NCBI GenBank assembly: GCA_002245135.1
Contig: NGBS01000003.1
Span: forward strand, 248,001 to 312,000
Reading direction: 5' to 3'
Source: Proteromonas lacertae
Lineage: Eukaryota
Length of the DNA stretch: 64,000 nt
The translations under genes and the position numbers were made by a program. The notes under the pieces were generated by a model. The model worked only from the letters and a program-made list of their open reading frames with translations. It was not told the origin of the DNA and did not search any database. Shown here one piece after another: positions 12,954-23,582 of this stretch (its first letter is position 1; every line of letters starts with the position of its first letter).

Positions 12954-13935
12954 TTATATTATCATTTTCATAGTAAATATAATTGCATTTACTTTTTTTT
13001 GATTTATTACAATTTCTTTTCTACCTTTACACTGATGGACAATATGTAATTTTTTATCATTTCTTTCACAATACCCAATTTGTTTATAGAAGCTATCATA
13101 ATCAATTGACCAAATATAAAATGGATTTTTATTACTTGCATGATTCATTAAGCAATTGTCAATATTTTCTAATAATATATAATAATGAACAAATTTCTTC
13201 CAATAGAAGAAAGAATAATACTCTTTTACCCACAATTTATTGAAAAATGTATCTGGAATTTCATAGAAATATTTATCTTTAATCCTTTCTTTTACTATTT
13301 CTATAGGCATAAGCCAAAATGAACTAAAACCATCTTGCATTTCTATATAACATTTATCCTTGTGCTTCTTAAACACTACAAAATCCAGTATAATCTGGAG
13401 TTCTTTTAAATAATACTCCATTTTTATCTCTGTATATAACATATCTTAAAAATCCAGGTATATAGTATTTTCCTAGACTTTTAATTATTTTATAACAATT
13501 TAGATAATAATTTAAATGTTTTAACTCTAATATAACATCGCTTTCAATATATCCTATATAGTTATACCTTTTTATTGAATTTCCTAAATTTCCTATATGA
13601 TATCTGTGTTGTGCAGTAAGATATGTTCCTATACTTGCATTGCACTTAATAAATTCAACAGGAACATATGTATTTAATTTTTGACAATATAAAGGATTTA
13701 ATATTAATGAATTGTTAGGTATTTCTGTGTAATGGACAATTAATTTTATATATATCCCACCTTCACATATGTTTAAAACACTATTCTGTAGTGTATAGAA
13801 GTAGTCAAATTGGGATGTTCCATAGAGAGCTGTATATATTAATATTGATGTAATATACTGTTGGTATTTTATGTAAATATAAACAACAACAACAGATAAA
13901 AATATAAACATGAACAAGGAGAATCGTATTTTCAT
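12954..13935 (-). CDS. Putative glycosyltransferase-like type II membrane protein, split over two overlapping ORFs
   Basis: Signal anchor, YNYIGYIESD acidic motif, IPGFLRY; frames joinable by a 22-nt GT-AG intron or a 1-nt indel. Confidence 0.5.
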
Positions 13936-13968
13936 TTTAAGAAGTGTTTTAAGCTACTTTTTAATGTG

Positions 13969-15649
13969 TTATATAAATAGTTTATCCACTTTATACTCTC
14001 CATCACCAAATTCTAATATTAATTCTCCTTTATTATGTATTTTATTTCTGAAATATTCTTCATAGTTGGTAGAATATTCTATTCCTTTATTATTCACTAT
14101 CAAATTATTCATTTTCAATATTCCTCTACTTTTTACTTTTATAGTCAGTGATCCATTTACATTTATATTGTTTATATATACATTTCCTTTTATTACCAAT
14201 TTTGAATTATTCTTTACTACAATTATCCCTTTAAAGTGTCTTTTAATATTTTGTGTGGTTGAAGAAATTAGAGGATCAATATGTATTTTAGTATTATCTC
14301 CTATTTTCCATCCAAATTTTGTAAGTTTCTTTTTATTCCTGATATACATTTTTTGTTCTCCATCATCAGGAGTATAAAAATCATTATCATTTGATATTTC
14401 CTTTACAGGATTAAAACATAACCATCTCGGCATATATGTACTACTTATATTGTCAAATTCTTTAGTGAAAATTATATAATCTTGTAATACTGTTTCTAAC
14501 CTAAATGACCTTGCTTTTCTATTAGAAAGAATATATTCTGGTAGAACTTTGTCTGTATTTACAAGAGTATTTAAATAGTAATGTAAATTGAAACAAATAA
14601 TGTTAGTTACTGCAGGATAATAAGATTGATTATCACTAATGTTATTTATATCTTCACCTAGTAATCCTTGTAAACATGAATAATCTATAGCTCTTACTTT
14701 GTATTTTCTTCCATCTTCTTCACATGAACATAATATAGAAGCTTTTTCTCCTTCATATCTCTTAACAATTAAGTAATTAACATCTATGTTGTTACGAATA
14801 GAACAACCTATCAAAACTGGTATTGATTCAAAAGCAAGTGAGTTTGTATCTTGAAAAATAATAAAATACTTAACACCTTTATCTTTCCATTTTTTTAATA
14901 TTTTGTTCTATATATATATATAATATTATATATACTTTTATTAATAAGTGATGTACATCTCCATGACCATGAGGTTTATCAATTAATTTACCATCTACAT
15001 AACATAAATTACAATTTATATCAATGAAAGATGGAACATTACTTTGTTTAACAAAATAGAACTGTTCATATGATAAACCAAAATAACTATTTTCTTCTAA
15101 GAAGTGTTTAGTGATAATGTCAGTTGCTTCAGAAGTCATTATACATACAAATATCAATTTACCTGATATATTTTGATAAGACTTTATATATCTTATATAG
15201 AACTCTAAATAACTATATCCACTTATTTGATCTATTGGTAAAGATACTTTTATATCATTATTGTTTAACCTTTCGCCTAATCCACCAGCAACCAATACAA
15301 ATCCACAATAATGAATATTTGTTATACCTACTGATTCATAATTTAAAAACAGCTTATCCAAGTATTTTACTTCTACTCCTTCTGGTTTTGAAATGTTATT
15401 TATATTGTAATGATACTTTTTTTCTTCATATAGATTAATCAATTTCTTTCCTTTGATTATATAGTCTTTTAATCCATGTTGTAAAGTTTTATCATATTTT
15501 AATGCTTGAAAGCATAAATCCATTAATTCTAAGATGTTAGTAATTAATATACTATTATCATTTTTTGCCTTTTCTATTACATCATGTTGGTTAGATTTTA
15601 TTAAAATATGATAACCATAATAATACAGTATTAGTTCTGAAAATAACAT
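13969..15649 (-). CDS. USP: UDP-sugar pyrophosphorylase (USP), 2 exons
   Basis: GFVLVAGGLGERL and KPHGHGDVHHLL; after the intron at ~14908-14935, FQDTNSLAF, then RLETVLQDY and FNPVK. Confidence 0.85.
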
Positions 15650-15683
15650 TACAAAAGTGATATATAATAACAGAAATATAAAA

Positions 15684-16682
15684 CTATTTTAAATTTAGCA
15701 AATGTTTATGATAATGATTATATTTTGTTTCTATTGTGTAGGTATTCTTTTTAAATTTCTTCTCATCAAAACTTTTACATTTCTTTCTATTTTCAGCGCA
15801 TATTCCTTGTTCAATTAAATAATTAATTACTTTATTCATCATAACTGAATCTCCATGTTTATCAACATTAATTCCCTCAATCTTCTTAAAATTGACATAA
15901 ACATATGAATAAGGTAAATGAATAGTACATCTGGTTGGAAATGGATTTTCTTCTATGTTAATTAACGAATATTGGTTTTCATACTTCATTATGTGTATAT
16001 ACTCCAAAAATGTGCCGAATTGCCCAAATACATATTCTTCCATTAATTTCACTAAAGTTGAATTATGAACTTTTTCAATGTAATTCCATGTCTCTTCTAC
16101 ATGCTTAGTTTTAACGATAATAGGATAAGTAAACATAACATCTCCCCAATTTGAATTATTAGACTTAAGTATTTGTGTTGGATCCCACCTTGAGTCTCTA
16201 AACTTTAAAGTATAAAGAATAAATGGTCTTCTGTTTGTATCAAATAATATATCATATTTTGCATATGACATAAAAGGTGAATCAGAATCTATCATTGCAA
16301 TAAATTCATCTGGTATGCAATACTTATACGAAACATAAGAATTGTATTGTTGTTTCATAACTTGAGCTTTTATATCTGGTGTTGATGTTCTAATAATTGT
16401 CCAATCATTTGAGTAATTAAACGGTAATGCTCCATTGAAGTTGTCTATCCAATGTATTTTTTTACCTATCCCTTTAGGCCAAAATGTATCAATACTATTA
16501 ATTATGCTTTGAACAAATGGAAAATCCTCAACTGCACTAGGCAAAAACAAACATACACTTACATTATTTGATTTAAACTTCCAACTAAAATCTATTTTTT
16601 GATCTGATTGGATATATAACACATAATACAATGCACAAGATATGCTGCATATTAAAGTAATGAAAATAATTAAAACAATCAT
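15684..16682 (-). CDS. Putative GT-A glycosyltransferase with signal anchor
   Basis: MIVLIIFITLICSISCALYY anchor; FIAMIDSD (DxD) motif; intronless. Confidence 0.55.
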   Translation of the reverse strand: MIVLIIFITLICSISCALYYVLYIQSDQKIDFSWKFKSNNVSVCLFLPSAVEDFPFVQSIINSIDTFWPKGIGKKIHWIDNFNGALPFNYSNDWTIIRTSTPDIKAQVMKQQYNSYVSYKYCIPDEFIAMIDSDSPFMSYAKYDILFDTNRRPFILYTLKFRDSRWDPTQILKSNNSNWGDVMFTYPIIVKTKHVEETWNYIEKVHNSTLVKLMEEYVFGQFGTFLEYIHIMKYENQYSLINIEENPFPTRCTIHLPYSYVYVNFKKIEGINVDKHGDSVMMNKVINYLIEQGICAENRKKCKSFDEKKFKKNTYTIETKYNHYHKHLLNLK

Positions 16683-16704
16683 TCTATATAAACAAATATA
16701 AGAA

Positions 16705-16943
16705 ATATTGACTAAACCAATTTTCAATGCTGGACAGATGTATTGGACCAAACAATACATCTAATAACAACAGATGAAGGTATTTTAAATAACTTTGTAT
16801 ATTCTAATAAATTTAAGTATAATGTATATCTAAAACATCATGGTTATGGATATGCACTATTTCTACATTATCCTATCCCATTTACAAAAGACAATTTTAC
16901 TCCACATAATAATTACCTTTATTGTGGCAAGGCAGTGAAATGA
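16705..16943 (+). pseudogene. Possible decayed glycosyltransferase fragment
   Basis: KPIFNAGQMY in one frame and TDEGILNNFVYSNKF in another recall NxG and DQG-x2-N motifs of GT-A enzymes; no start or anchor. Confidence 0.3.
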
Positions 16944-17024
16944 GAAAGAAAAATTATAAAAAATATATAAAGTATCATAAAAGTGTAAAATCATATAATG
17001 TTAAATAAATAAATAAAGCATTTA

Positions 17025-17939
17025 TCATTTATTAATAATATAATCATTTATATCTACTTCTTTTAATAAATCCAAATTTAAACCACCCAAAAAGCATTGA
17101 AACCTCCACCAATTATTTCCCATACACATATTAAGATTGTGAACTCTTATCAAAGTCACTTTTAGAATATACAATGCTATTGTGTTGTATAGCGTTTGAT
17201 CTTTACCTACAAACTGATTCTTGTTCAAAAAATAATCATGTAATTTCCAAAATTCTTCATAATATCTATTAATTGATTTTTTATTTCCTCCAAAACTAGT
17301 TCCTTCAATCCAATCTCTAACAACTAATTCTGTTTTATTTTTTAGTTTAAATGTTTGATTATAAACTGTAAAAAAGAACATTGATTGAAATGTATATAAG
17401 ATGTTGATTGCTTTTAATGATGGAATTGAATCAAAAGGAGTAGGATCTCTAAATGTTCCTATATCAATCCATATATATAGTTTACTAGCTATATCATTAG
17501 CTGCTGTTTCTAGAAAACATATTTTGCAATTCCATATTGCATAAACATCAGGACTGTGTAGAAAACTCTCTCTGTCAATTTGATGTTGTTTTACATAATC
17601 TTCTTTGTATTTCTTAATACATGGAACATCCCATATTGACTTATATTCATATTTATATGCTTTAACGAACGAAGGAACGAAAGATGTAGAAGATTTGTTA
17701 TTATCTGTAAATATTACCAAAGATTCATTTATAAAACTGAAGAATCTATTTATCCATAACCGATATTCTTGAAGTTTGTGTTTCCCATTATTATCAACAT
17801 GAAAATATGAAGTAACAAACAGATATTGGTAAATATGTTTATTATCTTCAAAATTAAAATACAATAAACCATAATATACTCTATAAAAGATAGAAAATAA
17901 AAGAATAAATGACAGGTAATTAATACTTTTATGAATCAT
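17025..17939 (-). CDS. HtrL/YibB (WlaTC-like) family putative glycosyltransferase, paralog B
   Basis: Close paralog of 8785-9669, sharing SFVPSFVKAYKYEYKSIWDVPCIKKYK and LYIWIDIGTFRDPTPF. Confidence 0.75.
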   Translation of the reverse strand: MIHKSINYLSFILLFSIFYRVYYGLLYFNFEDNKHIYQYLFVTSYFHVDNNGKHKLQEYRLWINRFFSFINESLVIFTDNNKSSTSFVPSFVKAYKYEYKSIWDVPCIKKYKEDYVKQHQIDRESFLHSPDVYAIWNCKICFLETAANDIASKLYIWIDIGTFRDPTPFDSIPSLKAINILYTFQSMFFFTVYNQTFKLKNKTELVVRDWIEGTSFGGNKKSINRYYEEFWKLHDYFLNKNQFVGKDQTLYNTIALYILKVTLIRVHNLNMCMGNNWWRFQCFLGGLNLDLLKEVDINDYIINK

Positions 17940-18794
17940 GTCTATTTATTCTATTTTCTGTTGCTGATATTAAGCTGTGTTGTGTATAAATATTTTATTT
18001 ATTTAAAATCATATAAAGATTATGAAATCGGAGTTGTTGTGAGAGTTTCAAAACCTTCATTATCTCAGCAAAAAAGATATATGAAATGGATGAAATCACT
18101 ATCATATAAATATTCATTTTGGATTATAACAAATTATAATACATCACTTCTTCCCAATTTTTCAAATGTGATAAGAATTTCATCTGAGTTGATTATGAAA
18201 AGATATCCGCATATAAAAGAATTGAAAGATCCAGGTCATTGTAATCAGCGGTACATGGAAGATGATATTTTTTATCCTTTCATTTCTCATACAGAATCAG
18301 TAATTGAGTTAATAAGTAAATACAATTTAAAATTCAAATATATATGGGTTATTGAACAAGATTTTGGTTGTACAGGTGAGTTGTTTGATTTTTTACAGAT
18401 ATATGAACCAACAAAATGTGATTTTATAACAGCTGAAATCAATCTTAATTTTGCTTCACAATGGCCGCATGTAAAATGCTGTAGTAATAATTATGCAAAG
18501 TGGAGAAATATATACTCAAACAGTTCTGTTGGATATTCATCAAAGGAATTTATTCAAAGATGGAGTTATAAACTTGTAATGAAAATAAAAAAGAATCTAG
18601 AGAATGGAATTCATTCGATTTCAGAAGCTAGTGTTCCAGAAACTGTCATTTTTAATAATTTAACTTACAAAATCATTGATAATAAATATATAAGTGATTC
18701 TTTCATGTGGAATTCAAGAGTATCTGAAGAAAAATGGAATGAAATTATAAATAAAACTAACGATATAAAACTCTATCATGGTCTTAAGTTTTAA
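17931..18794 (+). CDS. Putative glycosyltransferase (DUF3405-like), paralog A
   Basis: Signal anchor; FKYIWVIEQDFGCTG; C-terminal LYHGLKF. Confidence 0.55.
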   Translation: MNHVYLFYFLLLILSCVVYKYFIYLKSYKDYEIGVVVRVSKPSLSQQKRYMKWMKSLSYKYSFWIITNYNTSLLPNFSNVIRISSELIMKRYPHIKELKDPGHCNQRYMEDDIFYPFISHTESVIELISKYNLKFKYIWVIEQDFGCTGELFDFLQIYEPTKCDFITAEINLNFASQWPHVKCCSNNYAKWRNIYSNSSVGYSSKEFIQRWSYKLVMKIKKNLENGIHSISEASVPETVIFNNLTYKIIDNKYISDSFMWNSRVSEEKWNEIINKTNDIKLYHGLKF

Positions 18795-18795
18795 T

Positions 18796-19883
18796 TTACA
18801 TATCTGGAAATTTCAAACATGAATTTGATTTAAAATTATCTACTAAATCTGTGTATGTCTCATAATCATATACATCTCCTTCAAATGTAATAAACTTGAA
18901 TTTGTTTTTCATATCATCATATATTTTATTCTCATAAAACATATATAACACAACTTTTGAATATGTACTTTTATGAGAAACAATCAAATAATCTGTTAAA
19001 CTTGCAAATACCAAATCTCCAATCGTTTTTATAAATGTTAAATTATTATATATTTTGGAGGTATGTCTTGGTATTTCATTAGGCATAAACAGAATAGTTT
19101 TATTATACAATTGAGAAAACTGTTTTGAAAAAATATGATTTGCAGAACTTAGAAAAATATAACAATCTTTACCATTCGTCAAGTTGTGTGAGAGAGATAA
19201 TACTTTCTTAGCAACATTTTCATTCACATCACAATTACTAGATACAACACATCCATCATGAGATCTGTATTGTATTCCTAACTTGCATTGATTTTTAAAT
19301 TGTTCAGTAAATTTTAACACCAACTTCTTTATTCTCTTCTTTACTACAACAATTTCAGTATAAAGTTTGCTGTTTGTTTGTAGAATTCTTTCAAGAATTT
19401 CACTATCTCTTCTTTTTATATAACCATTCTTAATAAACCATGATAATAATTTTTCACATTTAACTAAAGTTGGAATTAAATCTAATACATCTATTATTAC
19501 ATAAACATCTCTATTTGATAAAACAAACTTATAATAGAATTCACACATACTTTGACAATATCCTTCCCATCTAATATCAATTTTTGTATAATTTGGGCTT
19601 ATATACTTTATAGGTGAGTAGTATATACTACTTTCTATGTAATCACTAACGAATTCATAATTATATACTATCATCAATAGAAAAATATTATACAATATAA
19701 ATCTCTATTTGATAGTTGTGAAAGAATAAAACAGCCAGCTATTCCCATCAATCTATTACATAAACCACTAAATGATATTTCATTTATAAGTATATTCTTT
19801 TTTAACTTAATATTTCCACATACAATTATCAGAAAAAATATAAGAAAAATTGAACAGAAGAAGAAAATCCAATTTCTATTCAT
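18796..19883 (-). CDS. Fucosyltransferase-like protein (GT-B; GT11/GT23/GT37 clan), 2 exons
   Basis: SGLCNRLMG, LGIQYRSHD, YIFLSSAN, DLVFASLTDYLIVSHKSTYS; a 26-nt intron at ~19668-19693 joins the two ORFs. Confidence 0.7.
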
Positions 19884-19912
19884 ATTAAATTAACAATTAC
19901 TTCCATATATTT

Positions 19913-20788
19913 TTAAAATTTTAAAGCATGATATAACTTATTCTTTTTTGAAGGATTAGTTGTAATTATATTCCATTCTTCCATACCTATTCTAGTTCCA
20001 TATGAACATTTATAACCAATATCATCCTTTTCAATTACTCTAATTGATAAATCATTAAATGATGCAACTTCAGCCAATAATCCTTCATTTTGTGTATGTC
20101 TTTTTAACTTCATATTTTTATTCATGAAATATATGAATTTTCTAGACCATCTTGCAATATTTATTGGAGCAACAACTCTACTTTTTACAGGTAGAATTGA
20201 TTCTTTCCATTTTCTATATTCTTCAGTGAAACAATCCAACCACATCCACCCACTATCATTTCTATGAATTACGTATGGCAATACAATTAAATCATCATAT
20301 TTTCTATCATATTTTTGAAAGAAATTGAAGAAATTACCAGAATATGCAATGTCTTGTTCTATAATCCACAAATACTTATATTTTAAATTGTTTGTATTTA
20401 CCCAAATCATTACATGTTCAAATGGCATTGTCCACATATAAAAATTGTCAGGTTTATTATTACAATATCCTGACATATTCTTCATTGCTGGATATGTCTT
20501 CATCATCTTTTTAGAATCCACACATGTTATAAAGACACTCTTTATTTTTAAGTCACATCTATCAGTTAATATTGCGACAAAATAATCTGAAGGACAGTTA
20601 TCTCCCCATTCTTTATATCTTTCTTTTTGAAACTGAGTAGGATTAGAAGCATGAATCAAAATCACAGATTTATATACTTTTTCAGTTTGAATTAGATTAT
20701 TGGTTTTTATTTGATTTAATGAAATATATATAATAATTATAGAAAACATAAAAAATAAAATTATTACATATAGAGAATATATATTCAT
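19913..20788 (-). CDS. Putative glycosyltransferase (DUF3405-like), paralog B
   Basis: YKYLWIIEQDIAYSG and C-terminal LYHALKF; colinear with 17931-18794. Confidence 0.55.
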   Translation of the reverse strand: MNIYSLYVIILFFMFSIIIIYISLNQIKTNNLIQTEKVYKSVILIHASNPTQFQKERYKEWGDNCPSDYFVAILTDRCDLKIKSVFITCVDSKKMMKTYPAMKNMSGYCNNKPDNFYMWTMPFEHVMIWVNTNNLKYKYLWIIEQDIAYSGNFFNFFQKYDRKYDDLIVLPYVIHRNDSGWMWLDCFTEEYRKWKESILPVKSRVVAPINIARWSRKFIYFMNKNMKLKRHTQNEGLLAEVASFNDLSIRVIEKDDIGYKCSYGTRIGMEEWNIITTNPSKKNKLYHALKF

Positions 20789-21225
20789 AATCCTTCATAT
20801 TAAACATTATAAATATACCGGATACTATCATAATTATCTATTCTCCTAATAATTGAAATAAAATCTGAGTTTTCGCAGCAATTAATATAAATTAGTATCA
20901 TCACTTCCTACATTTCTTCAAATTTTATATTTGTTACGCAATTAATCATATTTCTCATTAAATAAACTTAGTAAGACACAAAAAATAAAACACTTCATTA
21001 TCTTCATATTCCACATTATTACAACATATATGTGTGTAATATTTTCTACCAATATTTCTGGAATTAAAATTCATTTCTATCTGTCCTTTTAAACAGATCT
21101 TCTTAATAATACAACTTTTTCTATCACAAATCGGTTAAACATAACAATGATACATTCAAAATTACATATAAAAGCAAAGTGATATTGAATAACTCATTAA
21201 TAACATAAATAACAAAAATTAAAAA

Positions 21226-22368
21226 TTAAATTAGGCTTGACTTGATTCTTTTTGATTTTTGATTTATTCTTATTGACATTTCATCCATTTCATTTTTTAT
21301 GAATGTAGGACAAAGCTTATTTAGTTCAGGATTGAGATGTCTGGTATGTCTATTATACGCATATTTTGATTCTATAGTAGTTTGTGTTATATCTGAATGA
21401 CATGGAATATTGTGTATTTCCAAACATGATACTTTTAATGGATTAGCTATAACATACTTTCTAGCATGTCCATTTTGAGTTTGACAAGATATATTAATTT
21501 TAAACATATCAATATCAGTTAATTTCATATCTTTGTCATGTTTATACTCAACAACAGTGTTAGAAGGTGGGAACACTCTTCCATGCAAAAAATATACATC
21601 AAATAAAGGAAGTTTTGAGAATAATTCATCATAATTCTTTCCAACAACTGGCCAAAGAATCTCATCAAAATCCAACTCCATTATATAATTAGATACTTCT
21701 TGATATTTATGAAAACAATGATTTAATTTCCACACTTCACCATAATATCTTCTTTTCCATATTTCTTCCATCGTTTCATTATACCTATTCGTTTCTAATA
21801 TTCCATCATTTACATAATACTCTAATACTTTCATTACTTCTGGAGTGGAACTTACATAATATGTTACTATTTTTGACACTCCAAAAGCCTTCATTGATTC
21901 AATATGTTGAATTAAATAAGTCACTCTATTAAAATTTACTAAAACCGGCGAACAAACAACATATTTATATTTTTCTTTAACAGGATTTGGAATATCAATT
22001 TTAACATCATCTAAAACAACATAACTAGGTTTTATTTTAGATGATAGGTTGATTCTTACATTAAAGTAAAAAGAATCAATATTGTTAGATTTTATAAACT
22101 CAGCAAAACACTTTATTTGTTTATTTTCATATATATAATAACAACTATTAAAAGTTATGTTCCGCAGAGGAGAATATCCATGTAGTAATATATGCGAAGC
22201 TTCTTTTTTATAAAACACTCCATTTATATATGAATTTTGATTTATTTTGTAAAATGGAATATCAATGAAGTTAGTTATGATATTTCCTCTTACATATTCT
22301 TCATTCATAAAATATATAATTAATATAATAAGTATGATATATATAAGAAGATATCTCTTCATATACAT
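21226..22368 (-). CDS. GT92 (DUF23) family glycosyltransferase
   Basis: KYVVCSPVL, FGVSKIVTY, LNHCFHKY, ELDFDEILWP; signal anchor; intronless. Confidence 0.8.
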   Translation of the reverse strand: MYMKRYLLIYIILIILIIYFMNEEYVRGNIITNFIDIPFYKINQNSYINGVFYKKEASHILLHGYSPLRNITFNSCYYIYENKQIKCFAEFIKSNNIDSFYFNVRINLSSKIKPSYVVLDDVKIDIPNPVKEKYKYVVCSPVLVNFNRVTYLIQHIESMKAFGVSKIVTYYVSSTPEVMKVLEYYVNDGILETNRYNETMEEIWKRRYYGEVWKLNHCFHKYQEVSNYIMELDFDEILWPVVGKNYDELFSKLPLFDVYFLHGRVFPPSNTVVEYKHDKDMKLTDIDMFKINISCQTQNGHARKYVIANPLKVSCLEIHNIPCHSDITQTTIESKYAYNRHTRHLNPELNKLCPTFIKNEMDEMSIRINQKSKRIKSSLI

Positions 22369-23582
22369 ATTTCATTTAATATCCAATATTTATCTTATCA
22401 CGATTATTATTTTTCTTATTATAAAATAGTACTAATAAAGTCTTCTTACCTTATATTATAAAAAATACCTTCACTCTCTTATAACCTTCATAACCTTAAG
22501 TATTAGTAAAAATTAAAGCTTATGAGTATCTGGTTTATTTTTATATCCATTAACTATAAATTGATAAATATCAGTAGTATGAAAAAATAAAATTGGATAA
22601 TTTTGAATTAATTAATAATTTTTGTTAATTATTCTCATTATTTTATCTACACTTCATAATAAATATAAATATTGACAAATGGATTATTCTCCCCTTTCAT
22701 TTAGACACTATTCAGTTTTGAAAGAAATCTAGTTAAAAATTTGATTATATCTTCATCTTAATCCTCCTATCGCTTACAATAATTTTTTGTGATTTATTAA
22801 ATCGATTACAAAATCATATGCTGCTGTAGTAATTTGATAAAATGAAAAGATAAATCAAATAGAAACGGTTATACATTTTTTTTATTAATTTGATATCTAA
22901 TGATATGAAAGATAGTCAAATATAATAACCCAACAAAAATAATTGTTAGATAAATATCTATTATTATCCTAATAATACATTTTTTGTGTAGAAAAAGTAG
23001 ATTTAGATGAAATTAAAAGGAGCAATTAAAGTAATTGCAAAATAATATTGTACAAAAATAATTACTCTCCGTATATAAGCAATATAATCGGTTGTACAAG
23101 TAAAGAGAAAATAAATTAGCTAATCTTTTTTAACTGTTAATTAAAATTAAAAATATAATATCAACAGTATTAATTATAATATATGTTTGCATTTTTAATA
23201 GAATTATATGGAGTATTTCTAATCTGTTGAGATATATTCTTACCAATCATTCTGCATATGAATTTATTTTTTAAAACGACATATTTCAATCATTTATTAG
23301 CTTATACCCTTTAATTAACAAGTAGTATGTATAATCTATCCTCACTTTTAATTTTTGATTATTTCTCATTTAAATGTCATTTAGATTATCTATTGTAAAA
23401 CCTTCCTCAATAACAAGCTTACCCATTTTTAAGATTAATCCTAACATATTTGTATAAATTGATTCTGTTACTTATAAATTCAATGATTTTATTTAACGAA
23501 ATACAACATCAATTAGATATATAGAGATGTTTTATAATTGTTCCAAAATATTAATTCGTTTCAATTTCGTTATTTTATAAAA

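Noticed and set aside
7912..22368. Bacterial contamination or intact endogenous giant virus
   Set aside because: Several genes have host-type introns and Golgi anchors; no viral hallmark genes are present and both flanks are host genes
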